Translations under genes and position numbers: made by a program | DNA from: Stylophora pistillata | Lineage: Eukaryota | NCBI RefSeq assembly: GCF_002571385.2 | Contig: NW_019217818.1 | Span: 401,594-465,593, forward strand | DNA: 64,000 bases | Reading direction: 5' to 3' | Shown here: positions 63,001 through 64,000 of the stretch, one piece after another | Layout of the letters: the number at the start of each line of letters is the position of its first letter | Numbering within the stretch: the first letter of the stretch is position 1 | The notes under the pieces: generated by a model | What the model was told of the DNA's origin: nothing | Databases searched by the model: none | Seen by the model: only the letters and a program-made list of their open reading frames with translations

Positions 63001-63729
63001 CATCACCTAAGTTGATAATGTATAATGGCCACCTTGGAACTCTAAGTGGCCAATATGCGTTATCAACTCAGTCTAAAAAACCAAATTATCTACTAGGGGT
63101 AGGCCAACTGATGTAGTTAAACAGCCTACTATTCATTGGCATGTGCTTCAAAGCCAGGGAGAAATTGCAGTGTTACTGACCACCATAACTGTAGACTATA
63201 GACACCCTTACACATCAATGTACCTATTCTCCATACTGTTCTCTATACATTTCCCAAGGTGCTGACAAGGAGAAATTGTTTAATAATCAAAAGCTTCTTT
63301 AGATGGTGAGCATTTTCTTTATTCGGGTGATTGAGGTTTGATATTATAAGGAGGACTCATATGCTGGTCACTGTTTAGGGGTCAGAGGGTTGGTGACAAA
63401 AATCAAAACAAGAGTAAGAGAGCTAATGAACCCAGAAAGAAACTCTTAAAATCGAGTTTCCATATAAAAAATTATGACTTGAGATTTTGATTCATTTAAT
63501 CTCACCCCCATGGGTTGTTTTTTGTAGTTTTTGACTCATTTAATCTCACCCCCATGGGTTGTTTTCCCCTCTCACCTGTGGGGATCAAGAACGTATCTCC
63601 TTTCTCCAAATAAGTCCGGCAACATTTCTCTACTTGGTCACCAAAGAAAACATTCTGTTGTTTTCCAGATAACACCCATTGTTCGTACAGATGAAGATTC
63701 TTTTCGGTGGGCGGAATTAGCCAGAAAAC
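54032..63729 (-). CDS. KDM2: Lysine-specific demethylase 2 (KDM2A/B; JmjC-CXXC-PHD-F-box-LRR), 5' exons beyond window end
   Basis: Exons 63576-63729, 62129-62244 ([19 protein letters not shown]), 60318-60980, 60081-60167, 59530-59739 (CXXC), 59050-59241 (PHD), probable micro-exons 57890-57937 and 57359-57388, and 54032-55042 (F-box/LRR); phases consistent. Confidence 0.95.
56529..56911. mobile_element. Crypton/Eulor-like element with 189-bp hairpin (56723-56911)
   Basis: Near-perfect palindrome AACAAATGGTAAACACCACAGCGTACACTATTGAGTTATGGATGCAC..., loop CTCGGCTATCGCCTCGAG; CTGATTGG near the left end. Confidence 0.75.
57705..57818. repeat. 21-bp minisatellite (x5) inside a piggyBac-like MITE
   Basis: (GTGACATTGTGTGATTCGTGG)n. 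Confidence 0.9.
57957..58240. mobile_element. Crypton/Eulor-like element, hairpin 57957-58100
   Basis: CTTATTAACCAAGC...GCTTGGTTAATAAG, loop CCGAGCGCAGCGAGG. Confidence 0.7.
61604..61829. mobile_element. MITE with ~14-bp TIRs
   Basis: AGGGACCAGTCAT ... ATGACCGGTCTCT, flanked by TTA. Confidence 0.55.
62287..62530. repeat. Purine-rich (G/A) low-complexity tract in KDM2 intron
   Basis: ~240 bp almost exclusively G and A, with many GGG(G) runs. Confidence 0.9.
62942..63090. mobile_element. Two inverted Penelope pLTR fragments
   Basis: 62978-63022 and 63046-63090 are imperfect inverted copies (gataatttgg...ggccac / gtggcc...ccaaattatc). Confidence 0.6.
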
Positions 63730-64000
63730 CTGCAACATAAAAGGAGTGAAACCCATAGAACATATGCATACACTTGGTGCAGTTCAAAGAAGGTTTGGGT
63801 TGGTTTGCTACTATCAAAGGCAAAAAAAAAAGTCTAGCATATAATGTTTATGTTTTCATCTTGCAAGCATAATATGTAAGATACTCTTCAGGTAATACTC
63901 TATAGGATAAAATTCCTTTCACGAAACGATGATAAAGTGTTATGTGACAAGGCAAATCTGTCACGCAATTTATTAAAACTCTACGTGACAAGTCTGACCA

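Overview
Intron-rich, AT-rich animal genomic DNA with three N gaps. The repeat content and the intronless TRIM-NHL copy suggest a cnidarian, probably a scleractinian coral (inference). The first ~10.5 kb is a nested transposon pile. An old Penelope retroelement is interrupted by two tail-to-tail 5' halves of a Ty3/gypsy element (LTR, tRNA-Ala PBS, gag), an L2-type LINE, a tRNA/Nin-Deu-type SINE and small hammerhead-ribozyme insertions. The remainder is a dense gene block whose exons I reconstructed by hand with consistent splice phases: TMEM120 (+), MTFP1 (-), an uncharacterised gene with two tandem stathmin-like modules (+), GPATCH3 (-), MORN3 (+), ORAI (-), a TRIM-NHL pseudogene (-) and the 3' part of KDM2 (-). 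Highlights: (1) KDM2-ORAI-MORN3-TMEM120 are also neighbours in human (12q24.31), implying very ancient microsynteny; (2) the duplicated stathmin-like protein; (3) a terminally redundant, TSD-flanked, tRNA-containing retro-element with a covarying hairpin, resembling a retrozyme without a recognisable ribozyme; (4) Penelope hammerheads including a U3-A8 core variant; (5) the inverted gypsy pair; (6) many Crypton/Eulor-like bulged hairpin elements. No database searches were run; family names come from motif recognition.
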